DNA of 64,000 nucleotides from Zancudomyces culisetae HAW-14-8 (GCA_052426225.1 JBNJNM010000011.1:3658001-3722000), one strand, 5' to 3'. Numbered from the stretch's first letter, positions 47,071-59,071 are shown. Notes: generated by a model from the sequence alone, not told the origin. A program made the numbers and translations.

Positions 47071-47990
47071 ACTTTAAAATAGAGCTTTGTTTTTCTTGTT
47101 AGGCATATTTTGCGGGCTGATGAGGCGGAAAGTTTAAATATTTCTAATGTTTGTTGTCATATGCGTATTGTCTCGTGATAATATTACATTATTAAAAATA
47201 TAGTTCCACAAATGTACTTGTATTTTACCCTTTTGGACATTTCAAAAGTTTTTTTATTTTTTAGGGGCCTTATTTTACATAATTTTTACCGTAGCTTGTT
47301 CTTATTATAGCGCTGAAAGGCTGTCGAATAGCCGAGACGGGTACGTTAATGTATAATAAGCTTTTTGTTTGAAGACATCTACATAGATGTTATACTTAGC
47401 AGGAAAAAAAAACAGTATGATCGCTTTTTGCTTCTTAAAAACATCCAAAGTTTCATTGAGATGGTGGTATAGATACACATACATTAATTGTCAAAGCAAC
47501 CAGGAAGGTCGCTGTAAAAAAAAAAGAGCAAAGCACACGTGCTTTTTTATTGATCATAATGTGCCAAGTTGATATTTTAATTGGCTAGATTCGCTTCACG
47601 TCGTTTTTGATTGTTTTTGTTTTGAAAGCCCATTTGCATCAAACTAGGCAAAATAGAATTTTTCCCAAGATGGGTGGAAATAAATTGGTGGGCTATCACC
47701 ATTTTTATTGGATACTGTGCTTCTCTTGATAGCAAAACACCAGAGAATTCTGCAGCTTGAATCTATTTTTCTGAGCAGATTGACAGCTGATGGTGCTACG
47801 GAACCTGGGAACAAATGATAAATTTCGCAATCATAAAACTATCTGTGTTTTGTCATTTTAGGGCATGTTGTTGTGTTTATAGTTGTAACCATTGATAATC
47901 AAGTATTTTTTATGGTATCTGTATTTTGCCAGGGAAATTAATGCGGGGCTAGACCATCAAAATTCGATCAATACAATACTATCTAGAAGT

Positions 47991-50468
47991 ATGGAAAAGA
48001 CAAGGTGGGCACCATGGGAGATTGAGACACTATGTAAACTCCGAGATAGAGACAAGGCAGTGGAACCATTACTGAAAGTGGTCAATTCATGTATGAGTGT
48101 TTTTTTTTTTAAATTTACTTTTTGTTTAGTACACAATATAGAAACTATAAAATTATATTTGCTCAAATAAGTATACGATGTTTAACGAAAATTGTAGACG
48201 GAGGAATCTCCAAAAAAGTGGCAGGATATGCGGATCGCGTGCTTAAAATCGAAAAACAAGCGCAGCAAGTACACGAAAAGAATTACTCGACGCCCATAGC
48301 TTTGGAGGGCTCTGTGTAAGTATTTTACTTTTTTTTTTGTTTTATTTTACTTGAAATGCGTATTATGCATACCAAAGATAAGATAACTCACCCGAAAGCT
48401 TATAGGGGTGTGCATTTTGTGATCTTTCAAGAGATATTTCTAATGTAAATGTGCCTTGCACACCTTAGATCGGTGATTACTCAACAACACATTGCTGATT
48501 TGCAACACCAGGTGGAAAATTTAAAACATGAACGAACAGAGTTATATAAAACCCAGGGCGCAAATGCACAACGACTACTTGAAATCAGCGAAAAGACTAG
48601 AGAGAACTTGGAGACCATACGAAAGCAAGAGGATGAGTAAGAAATATAATTGATTTTATTATTATACTGTGTATACGAGTTACAACGCGTTGTTATATGT
48701 ATATGAAAGAGAGAGTCGTGTACCTCTTTCTCTTTTTTTTTGATAATTAGTATTCTAATAGCCTGAACGTAATGTATATTTTTCCAGGATAAGCGAATTA
48801 GATGCGGAAATTAGAGCACGTACACAGAAAATACAAGATCAAAGCGAGACTATCAGAGAGAAGAATGGAACAATAGAGGTAGGTTTGTGTGCATAGGGCG
48901 AACATCACTTGGAGTGCGCTGTCTTCCATACATTTACTATTGAAGGGTTATATTCAGATCCTTTTGATAAAATACCAACAATCAAATATGTGATATACTC
49001 GGTTTATAGATCTTACAAGACGAAGTGACGGCATTGCAGCTGGAGCTAGTCCATTTGGAAGACAAAGTGTCAAAATTATGGGATGAAAATCAGCAGCTTG
49101 TACAACGATGGCTCAAGAAAATGAACGAAGAAGCACAGCAGATGAATGAAGAAGTTATCCAAGAAGAAAGGTAATTTGTCATTACCAATTGCAATTTATT
49201 GAGCTTATAATTGAGAAACTTAGCTCCGTTGCCCGTATCACACATATTAAAGGTGTTAACAATATAAATAGTAGAATCAAGAAAAAGACATTACCAGTAA
49301 ATGATGACAGCTCATCAAGGTATTTTAAATAGCCACTAATTACACACATATATATTTATTTATATATACATTTAAATGGGCTCAGTTCATACTTTATTTT
49401 ATTATTATTTTTACTAAAAAAAAAAGTAGGAGCACAAAAAAGGGGATAAGAATACCAAAGAATATTTTCAAAAAGATCGATACAAACAATTCTGAAATCC
49501 ACAGCATAGCAGTTTCTCCAATGGGTGGGATCTTGGCGGTGGGAGGGATAGAACCGTCAGTGCTTTTGTATGATGTAGATACAGGTACCCTAAAAGGAAA
49601 ATTGAGAGGGAGCGGTGCTGGAATCAATGATGTCACATTTAGCTCAGATGGGGCTATAGTTGCAGCAGCATCAAGTGATAATAGCATATATATATGGGCT
49701 AGTAATACAGGGAGACTGATAAAGGCATTCACAGGGCACATCAGCAAGGTTGTTGTGGCTAGGTTTACTTTAGATATGAAAATCTTGGTTTCAGCAAGTA
49801 ACGATAGAACCGTCAAAGTATGGGATGTAAAATCAGGAAATTGTAAGTCCCTTTCCTTCTTTCTTTTTTTGTCCTTACTTGGTTAAAGCCCGGGAAAAAA
49901 ATACGTTTTTAATAATTCAGCACTAGATAGCATCATTAATACGAGCTATTTATAAAATATAGGCGTGAAAACCATTTTTACCATATCAAATTGCAATGAC
50001 TTGGTCATTCTAGATAACGAAGCATTGAGTATTGTTACAGGCCATATGGATTTCGGAATAAGGCTGTGGAATACCAAAACAGGTGAAAGACTGAAGGAGC
50101 TCAAGGTTCACAAGGATTCAATAGTGTCTCTTTGTTTATCGCCTAACGGGGACCAGATTGCCGCAAGCTCGCGGGATGGGTCCATCTCGGTTATTGATGT
50201 ACTAGGATTCAAAGTTCTTAGAATACTTACTGCAGATGGTTTTGTGCCGTCAGGGATCAGATCTAAGGTGATATACGGACCAACTGGGCAGCATGTGGTA
50301 TCAGGCTCAAACAATGGGTCTTTGTACTTTTGGGACATGGAGAAAAGTCAGGCACCTGCTGAACGACTTGCACTTCATCATTCTAGCTTTGCATCTGTAT
50401 GTTGGGATACATTGAGAAACAGAATATACAGCGCAGAGTCGAGCAGAGTGGTTTACATTTTGTCGTAG
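47991..50468 (+). CDS. ATG16: ATG16L1-type autophagy protein (coiled coil plus WD40); exons 47991-48090, 48198-48315, 48469-48636, 48788-48878, 49010-49170, 49275-49319, 49430-49842, 49963-50468 (533 aa)
   Basis: N-terminal W...LRDRD helix, ELYKTQGANAQRLL and LQDEVTALQLE...ENQQLVQRWLKKMNEEAQQMNE (ATG16 domain). WD repeats include LRGSGAGIND, FTGHISKV and SNCND. Seven GT-AG introns splice in frame (total 1602 nt). Confidence 0.9.
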
Positions 50469-50942
50469 ACTATTGAGGGTGGGTTAGAGCGTAGTGTTTT
50501 TTTTTACTAATCATTTTCTTTTGACCCACATTTCAAATAAGATGTTGAAAATAGCCTATGGCAATAAAGACGAAATCAGGATATTACTAATGGATGATTA
50601 GCTGGAAAGCTTTGGGAATATCTGCTCAAGCGGCGTTCAATACACTTGTTAGAGGATCCTTTTTTTTGCGTGTGATTTAATGTGTGTAAGAGATAGCTGG
50701 GAGAGATGCTATAAATTATTTCTGGCATAGATTATGAGATTGGAGTTTATCATAATACAAAATGATAAAGAGGGGGAGGGGTGGGGTGGGGTGGAGGAAA
50801 AAGGATCCAGCTCGCTGTTTGGTTTTTGGCGTAGAAAATTCCCGTTCAGTGAGAATGTTTTTTTATACTAATTTCACTTTGACTTGAACATCATTGGGTG
50901 AATTATTAATTTTCCGGGTTTTTTACTGATTAAAATGCATTA

Positions 50943-51072
50943 GGCTTTGATGATGATTTCAGCTGTGAACGAAAACTCACCACTGAAGTGATTGATGAAA
51001 ATTAGCAAAAAAAATTAAATTAAATTAAATTAAAAAAAAGCTCAAGAGTTGGCACCTGACCACTCAAAAGCT
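50943..51072 (+). ncRNA. Candidate box C/D-like (kink-turn) small RNA
   Basis: ATGATGA 50950-50956, CTGA 50983-50986, TTGATGA 50992-50998, CTGA 51056-51059, plus an internal hairpin. No target identified. Confidence 0.25.
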
Positions 51073-52177
51073 ATTTTCCATCATTTTCCCCATTAGATTT
51101 CATTGCCATATTTTGTTTTTCCCAAGCACTTGTAAGTGAGCAGGTGGAAATTAATGAACCTTAATACCACCTACATAAAAAAAGTAGTAAAAGAATCTTA
51201 TTAGCGGCAAATTACAAAGTAATTGAACAGATTCCGGGCTTGCAAGTACTATTAATCAAAGTTTAGAAACTAAATGAGTGTCACAACACTCTCCACTTCA
51301 CATTAGGTCATTTTCTATAAAACCCCATCTCAAAACTTCCTAAAAATAGAATTAAGAGGTATATACCTTTGAAACTAAATCAAGTTAATGTTATATTATA
51401 AATGACAACAGCACAAATTGCGATGTGTCAGGTGTCTTTTATTAATCCGAGTAAATATTTATAATGAGATTAAGGAGTTTGAATACAATAAAAGATGTTA
51501 TAAATAAGTAATGGCAAATTATATTAACAGCTCATATATCTGACATTCAAGTACTCTTCCACTTTGGCTTGTATTATTGACTTGATATTTATATCATTGT
51601 ACAAGGTTAAGGGTGAGTATTGATGTGTTCATATATTTGTGTGTATGGTTAATAAAAGAAACAAGCGTTGCTTGCTGAGAGCTTCTCACAAAAAAAAAAC
51701 TGGGCAAAATTCCATGTTAAAACGGGAAAGGCTCATTATGTTTGGAATGTGAGGTTTTAGGTTCACAATTCCAGCTGCACTATGGCATATCCTGTTTGCT
51801 TTATCTAATTTACGTAATTTTGCAGCGTTTTGATTTATTATGGACAAAAAAGTGTTGATTATTTAGCAATGAGTTTTTTTAGAAAACTTTTTTCACCAAT
51901 TATTAAGGTAAAAAAAAAAGGTAACTAAAGATTCCAAAAATAGTGAATTGTTCTAGCCATAGTCAAATAGGTTTGCAATTATTGTGTACCATAGTGTATT
52001 TTATTTGGTTTCGAAGCACTTTCTGTTAAATCGAGGTAATCACGAACATTATAGATTTGAGAAATTAGAGAACAGCGAGTCTGATAGAAAATAGAAAACT
52101 ACATGCAAATTTCTCTCCCAGGACAATTATATAGAAAATAATAATACGCCAAAAAATAATAATTGAAAAAAAGGCAG

Positions 52178-54644
52178 ATGGCTCAGGAGATAATGGGGAA
52201 GGATAATTGGGAGAGACTAGAGTACAAAAGCACACGAACTGGGCAGGGTCTTGGTATTGGACTTAACCAGGGACAAAAGAAGCAAGGAAAAAAGGTCAGC
52301 ATCATCACAGGTGAAAATGGAAAACTTGAGAGAGAGGAGATTTTAGAAGAATACGATGAGGAACAACGAGAAATTTCGAAATATTTTGTGGTTGATAAAG
52401 ACTCTAGGACGAAACATAAAGAAAGAGAAAGGAGTCGTATAACTGGAGAGCGAGAGAGAGGCGCTTCTGAAGCCGAGTATATGGATTTTACCTATTCTGG
52501 GCCACAAAACAAGGGAGCCGAGTTACAACAAAGAATTTCGATTGAAGGTAGGAAAAGCGAAGGTAGAGAAGCAAGTATCGAAAGGAAAGACTTTGGAGAG
52601 GGAGTGGGAGTGGGAGTGGGACCGGGAGTGGAAATTGAGATAAAAAAAGATATTGGTAGTAGAGAAAATGAAAATGATATGGCTGAAGGCGAAGAAATAA
52701 ATGTAGAAACCACAGCACTACCAGAATGTAGAGGCTGTGGAAAAGTGATAGAGGGGGGGAATGCAATACAGTTTTCAGGAGGGGTATGGCATATTGAATG
52801 TTTTCAGTGTACAATTTGCAGCAAATTAATAGAATACAAGTCGAATATGCTGTTTTTGACGGACGGAAAGCCTATATGTATGGAATGTTCATATAGCTGT
52901 ACACTTTGTGAGAAACAAATATTTGATGAGGCAGTAGTAACAGCAGAAGGTGCCTACCATTCAGACTGTTTTAGGTGTTCAACATGTAAAAAAAAGATCC
53001 AAGGAAACTCGTTTGCAAAGACCAACTCAGTAAGTAAAAAGAGGGGGGGGTTTTGATATATTGATATTTTATTTTTGAACAGTTAAACTAACAAGCGAGT
53101 ATGAACTATTATAGGGTGTGATTTATTGTGTACCATGCTATGTAATGCGGAAGGAGAAGAAGAAAATGCTCGCACGGCAGCAAGAGAAACTAAGGGGACG
53201 GCAAAAGGAACTGCCAGAAATTCCAGAGGGTACCAAAGAGCCAGAAGTTAAGCAGAGTAGCAAACGAGAACTAGGGGTAGGACTGCGAGTAGGTACAGAT
53301 GCAGACAGGGATCAACGAGTGAGGAGTAGAGAGCATAAAGACCGTAGCAATGTTGAGACTAGGAGGCTGACCAAAGAAATCGAAAGACTAAAGGAAGAGT
53401 TGAAGGAGGCGTATGAAAAGATAGCAGAACTACAAACAGAGAATGCCCGGCTCAAAAGCGGCGCGAGTATAACCAACACAAGCAGCACAACTACTGTTGC
53501 AGCCACCGGCAATGTCGAAAGGAAAAATACTGTCATCAAAAAAGATGGTAAGGAAGGCCACGTGATACAGATAAGCAAGAAAGCAGAAATGTTTTTTGGA
53601 GGAGTTCATGCACATGCATACCAGGGATTCAGCTCGCTACGACCAGTGAGATGTGACCACTGCGGTGAGCTTGTGTGGGGGATTAATGGAAAAGATCTGC
53701 GATGTCGGTTGTGTACATACACAGTGCACCAGCGGTGTCTATCGAATGATACAAGCAAATGTACTGGGCCAGTGCAGGCTTCTGGTGGTCGATCAGCACC
53801 TGGACGGGGTGCAGAAGTAGAGGACAATAAGGCGGCTGATGCTAGCTTTGCACCAGATGCAATGTTTACACGTAGCCTGGAGAAGCAGGTAGAGTTGGAG
53901 CATGCGTCTGATGGAGTGCCGTGGATTGTACACAAGTCATTGGAGTTTATAGAGACTTATGGTGCAGACATGGAAGGCATATATCGTAAAAGTGGATCTA
54001 CATCCGATATTCGCACTGTACACAACCGCATTTCTTTATTGGTCAAGCAAAGGCGTTTAGATGAGCCAATTGCGCCCGCAGATATGGATGTTGCCAGTGT
54101 TACCAGCGTACTGAAACAATACTTCCGCGACCTGCCCAACCCGCTCCTCACTTCCGAGCTGTATCGATCGTGGATCCACGCCTCCAGCATTGAAGTCACT
54201 GAGCAAGAAAAGATCATTTGGTACCGCCAGGTCGCGCTGTCCATGCCGCCAGCTCATTTCCTGACCATGCTGACGCTGCTGCGCCATCTCAATAAAATCT
54301 CATCGTTGTCTTCTGTCAATTTGATGACCCCTGTTAATCTATCTGTAGTCTTTGCTCCTAATCTTTTGCGTCTGCCCTCGAATCACCTTGGACTCGAAAT
54401 GCTTGATATCAGTGCTGTCAATGTTTGCATTACTTTTCTAATAACACGTGTTGATGCTATTTGGCCCAGTGATTCCACAAAACTTCCTTCGTTGTCCTTC
54501 CCCCCGCTTCCCCCGTCTGCTAGCAATGCTTCGTTGGTGTCTAGCGACTCTGCTCATGCCGAAAGTAGTGATTTCCAACCTATTTCTCCGCTTTCTCCTA
54601 CCTTTCCTACGAGCCTGTCCGGAAATGCCTTTGCAATCCCATAA
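52178..54644 (+). CDS. LIM-LIM-coiled coil-C1-RhoGAP (Rga1/Rga2-like); exons 52178-53029, 53115-54644 (793 aa)
   Basis: Two LIM domains (CRGC...WHIECFQC; CTLC...YHSDCFRC), C1 domain HAYQ...CDHC...CRLC...HQRC, and GAP motifs EGIYRKSG, LKQYFRDLPNPL and NLMTPVNLSVVFAPNL. Intron 53030-53114. Confidence 0.92.
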
Positions 54645-54810
54645 CTCTCTCTCCTTTATTATATATACACATATATACACATATATACGAATAATTGTTT
54701 TTTTTCCTTTCATTTTTGTTTGTCTGAGTTTGTAAAACTGTTTTTATTTTATTTTATTTTATTTTATCTTGTTCTATGTTAACTACCTAACAATTATATA
54801 TTTATTCTTA

Positions 54811-56703
54811 TTACAGTTTAGCCTTAAAATTAAATCTATCACTATCAATACTGTTTTTACCACCACCTCTTCCATCTCCATTATCTTTTTTATCTCCCTT
54901 GGCCTCTTTTAACCAGCACAACACAATTGTAACGTCATCTGGCTTTCCTCCTGTATACGAATACCCTGCCTGTTTGGCTCTTTCACTAAATGGTGTTGTA
55001 CTTTCCTTACTTGCGTAGTTCACAATTGCTAATTTGACAATATCTGCTGTTAACTGCTGCATTACCATTTGCTCAAGCTTGTCATCACTAATTCCAAGCG
55101 CTTTCTGTCCTCCAACACCGTTGTTAAGACGTTGCATATTTTGTATATTTCTCATGTTTTGCATGTGACTCTCCATCAGAGTTTCTATTTCAGCAACCGC
55201 TACATTGTCAAATAACCCATCTGTTGCCATCAAAACCAAACTGTTGTTGCCTAGTTCGTGGCTATTCATCACCATATCGTTTGGAGTATCCAGACCCTGT
55301 TTAGCTTCATGGTCGAAGGTGTAGCTATCTAGTTGTTCCAATACCTGGTGTGTGATTGCCTCCATCTTTGGTGAATAGTACTCGACCACATCCTCAATTC
55401 GCCTCTCTCCACCATTGGCAGCTCTCCCATCTCCGGTTTTCCCAATGTATTGCTCATTATCACCAAAGCTATCGCTATTTCTGGCCATTCTGTTGTCATT
55501 AGCAGATTCTTTCTCCACTCTCTTGTCTCCACTTTCATTTTGATACATGTGTTTTTGGTTTTTTCTATATTTTTGTCTTTGAATTTGTTCTTGTGTGGGA
55601 GGAATGCATAGTTGGTACGGCATGTTGAATCGATGTTGTTGCTCCGTGCTATTAAATACGCTCTTCACTTGAACGATTTCTCCCGCACCCATTTCTTCAT
55701 CGGCAGTATTTGATTCTAGCTCTGACCCCGGTGATTCACTCGACGATGTGAGCTGGAAGATCGAGTATGTAGAATCACCGAGCACTCCGGTTGTAAGCTC
55801 TCCTGTGTCTAGCTGGAGCTCACATGCTGCAATCGTGCTGCTTCCGCAGCATGGAATTGCCTCTTCATTACTTTCTTTTTTTTGAGCTCTTAAGCCCACC
55901 ACTTCGTCACTCTGGTGGTGTAATTTCATTAGTGTAAATGCTCTACGAACCACGTTTTTTATGTCTATCGGCTCGCGATGGTAAAGCTTCCATTCAAATT
56001 TGGACATTGCTTTCACATAGCTTGTCAGTGTTCTAGCAAAGACACTGGGGCTTATTCCAACATCATTCCACCCACCGACTCCATCAGCTACACCAAATAT
56101 CAGACTCCCTGCAGCATTTCCATGATTAGCGCTGGTACCATTGTTATCACTATTGCTATCATTTACCAGTGTTTCGGTACTTGTGTTTGTACTTGTTTTG
56201 AACACTGAAATGTTTTCTTCTCCAGAAAGCGGCGTTTGTGTAAAAAACATCGAATCCTCTCCACTACTTACACTTTCTATCTCAACTCTATTTTGCACAC
56301 CGCTGTCAAGGTATACATTCTTATTTATACCTCCCCCATTGTCTGATCCAAATTGTGTCCCGGAGATTCCTCCTGTCTTTCCTTCTTTTGTCTGTGCTTC
56401 TTGCTTGAAAAAATTATTAAATTCGAATATCTTTGTGTGGACTGGTGGTTCAAATACAACAGCAGGTTTATCCTCCCGTTCTTGTTTTTCAAGTACCTCT
56501 TGCTTTACACCTCCCTGTTTCTGCTTTTGTTTTTGCTTCTGTTTATTCTTCTGCGTATTCTGTGAGCCCTGGATCTGGCTAACATATTTGTTTATATACT
56601 GTATTGCAACAGCCTTCCCTATATATCCTACCCCAACGATCGCTCTATATTTTGTTGGTGCCGACATTATCGCAGCTGGCGAATTCTTGTTTGTATTATG
56701 CAT
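54811..56703 (-). CDS. PTC7: PP2C/PPM phosphatase of the Ptc7/Azr1 family, 630 aa, C-terminal AKL
   Basis: GEDS, GVADGVGGW, GSSTI, LGDS, QQHRFNMPYQL, ATDGLFDN and GGKPDDVT motifs. Confidence 0.9.
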   Translation of the reverse strand: MHNTNKNSPAAIMSAPTKYRAIVGVGYIGKAVAIQYINKYVSQIQGSQNTQKNKQKQKQKQKQGGVKQEVLEKQEREDKPAVVFEPPVHTKIFEFNNFFKQEAQTKEGKTGGISGTQFGSDNGGGINKNVYLDSGVQNRVEIESVSSGEDSMFFTQTPLSGEENISVFKTSTNTSTETLVNDSNSDNNGTSANHGNAAGSLIFGVADGVGGWNDVGISPSVFARTLTSYVKAMSKFEWKLYHREPIDIKNVVRRAFTLMKLHHQSDEVVGLRAQKKESNEEAIPCCGSSTIAACELQLDTGELTTGVLGDSTYSIFQLTSSSESPGSELESNTADEEMGAGEIVQVKSVFNSTEQQHRFNMPYQLCIPPTQEQIQRQKYRKNQKHMYQNESGDKRVEKESANDNRMARNSDSFGDNEQYIGKTGDGRAANGGERRIEDVVEYYSPKMEAITHQVLEQLDSYTFDHEAKQGLDTPNDMVMNSHELGNNSLVLMATDGLFDNVAVAEIETLMESHMQNMRNIQNMQRLNNGVGGQKALGISDDKLEQMVMQQLTADIVKLAIVNYASKESTTPFSERAKQAGYSYTGGKPDDVTIVLCWLKEAKGDKKDNGDGRGGGKNSIDSDRFNFKAKL

Positions 56704-57187
56704 CCCGCCCTTTCCTAGTATCCCCTTCTTATTTAGAATTTAGAGTTTAGAATTTAGAACCCAGCTTGTATTATACAAATTTTTAATTGTTAATTTGATC
56801 CTATTATTTTTTAATATAAATATATTTTCCATTATTATATTAAGCATCACTTGTCTCAGCTTTTTTTCCCACTCTTTTAAGACCTAAATTAAAAATTTTT
56901 TTTGTTTACAGTTTATAGATGCTTCTTTAATTTGAGAAATGTTAAAACGAATAAGAAAACGAATAAGAAAATGAAAAGAAAAAAATGAAAGGATCTAGCA
57001 ATTGATTGGCCACAATCAAATCCATTCATCTCTTAGTAAAACCCAGAGCACGACAATTTCCAACCCAAGTTTTCGTCACAAACTCATTGTAAAACAAGTG
57101 GGATAAAAAATTCGCTGGATAGCAAAGAACCCTGCTTCTTTCTTAACCACCCCTTCAATCTAAAACCTATTATAAGTGGGCGTGATT

Positions 57188-59071
57188 CTAATAATTCAAA
57201 ACTATAGATTTGATATTCAAATATTCATTTAACCCGTATTTAGATCCCTCCTTTCCAAACCCAGACATTTTGACACCTCCAAAGGGTATTACCTCGCTGC
57301 TGATAATTCCCGTGTTAACTCCCACCATCCCTACTTCTAGAGCTTCAGCGACCTTAAAAATTGTGCCAATATCCCTGCTGTAAAAATACCCAGCTAGTCC
57401 AACTTCAGCACTGTTGACTGCGTTCACCAATCCATCGTAGCTCTGCTCTTGGCTAGCCTTATTGTCGCTACCGAATTTTGATATTGCAAGAACTGGTCCG
57501 AATATTTCACAAGTAGATACTAACATCTCTGATGCCGTGGGTAGCGGTACATCTGCCAATATCGTCGGCATATAAAAGTTTCCACCAGTACTACCAGATA
57601 CACTGTTGTCTTTTCCATCTCCAACATCTACTCGCTTTCCACCATAAACCAGCCTAGCACCCTTTGAAACCGCGTCATTGACAAGATGTTCTACTTTTTC
57701 CACAGCCTTACTGCTAATCAATGGACCAACATCCGTATTGCTATCCATACCTCTACCAACAACGAGTGTCTTCACTTTTTGTGTCACTAGGTCTATAAAC
57801 TCGTCGTATACCTTCTCGTGTACAAAAATGCGATTTGCTGATACGCAGGTTTGTCCAGCATTTCGAAACTTACATGCGATCAGGCCGTCTACTGCATCAG
57901 AAAGGTTTGCGTCTCCAAATACTATAAACGGCGCGTTTCCACCCAATTCCATAGACATCTTTTTTATTGTCGAGCTCGACTGTTTCATCAGCAGTTTTCC
58001 GACATTTGTAGAGCCCGTGAACGAGATTTTTTTGACTTTAGTATTTTCAGTGATTTCTTTTCCAACCTCGGCGCTGTCTTGGCTAAGTACGGTGTTTATT
58101 ACGCCCCTAGGAATGCCCGCTTCGATAGCCAGTTGCTCGAGTGCTATAGCCGAGTATGGTGTCTCTGCGGCCGGTTTTATCACTACTGTGCATCCTGCCG
58201 CTATGGCAGCTCCTGCCTTTGGTGTTATCATGGCTAGTGGAAAATTCCATGGGGTTATCATGCCTGCTACTCCTACTGGTTGTCTCAAAGTAATGATTTG
58301 TTTACTCATTCCAGGCATAGGTATTGTGTCGCCATAGGCTCGCTGTGCCTCCTCTGCAAACCACTCAATAAACGATGCCCCATATAAGACTTCACCAACC
58401 GCCTCCTTGTATGGTTTTCCACTCTCAAGAGATAGAATCCGGGCCAAGTCGTCTTTGTTTTTCAGTATTAAATTGAACCATTTCATTAGCATGATTTTTC
58501 TTTCCTTTATTGTAGTCTTTGCCCACTCCTTTTGTGTATCATGCGCTAGATCAATCATTTTTCTGGTATCCTCTGCTGTCATATTTGGCAAATGTCCAAT
58601 TGTCGACCCTGTTGATGGATCGCAAACTTCAAAAGTATTTGGGAACTTTTCTTTGGTACCAACTCCAAATTCGTACTTGAACAGTTCCTTGTCGGCAAGA
58701 CCCCCTATCTATACAATGTATACGTAGATATTTCGTACTTTAGGATATCTCTGCCAGTATCATTAATATATTATCAATACGCAAAACATCCAGATAAAAG
58801 TGCTTTCAATTGTAGTAACCATATAACACCATTAAGACACAAAAAATAGTCTATGTATAACCATATATGCACCTACGACGCTTGCTGTATATTCTTCTTG
58901 ATTTCCTGTGTACTTTAGTCCACAGCTTGAATGAAGATTTGAGACTAGCATTTTGTTATTCGCTACACCGTGTTTTGCAAAAACTATTGGAAATTGTCTT
59001 TGTGTATATATTTTGATTCCAGCTCTTTTTAACATCGGTTTGCTACGTGCTACCCCTCTAAATATTGACAT
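57188..59071 (-). CDS. UGA2: Succinate-semialdehyde dehydrogenase (mitochondrial); exons 59071-58877, 58708-57188 (571 aa)
   Basis: Presequence-like N-terminus; ITPWNFP, KPAAETP, SFTGST, ELGGNAP, KFRNAGQTC, EIFGP and PFGGVKMSG motifs. Intron 58709-58876 is GTAGGT...TAG. Confidence 0.9.

Noticed and set aside
50591-50668. GGATGAT...GTTCAATAC...T-run resembling tRNA-Sec or a Pol III gene
   Set aside because: No cloverleaf, acceptor stem or UCA anticodon arm could be built.
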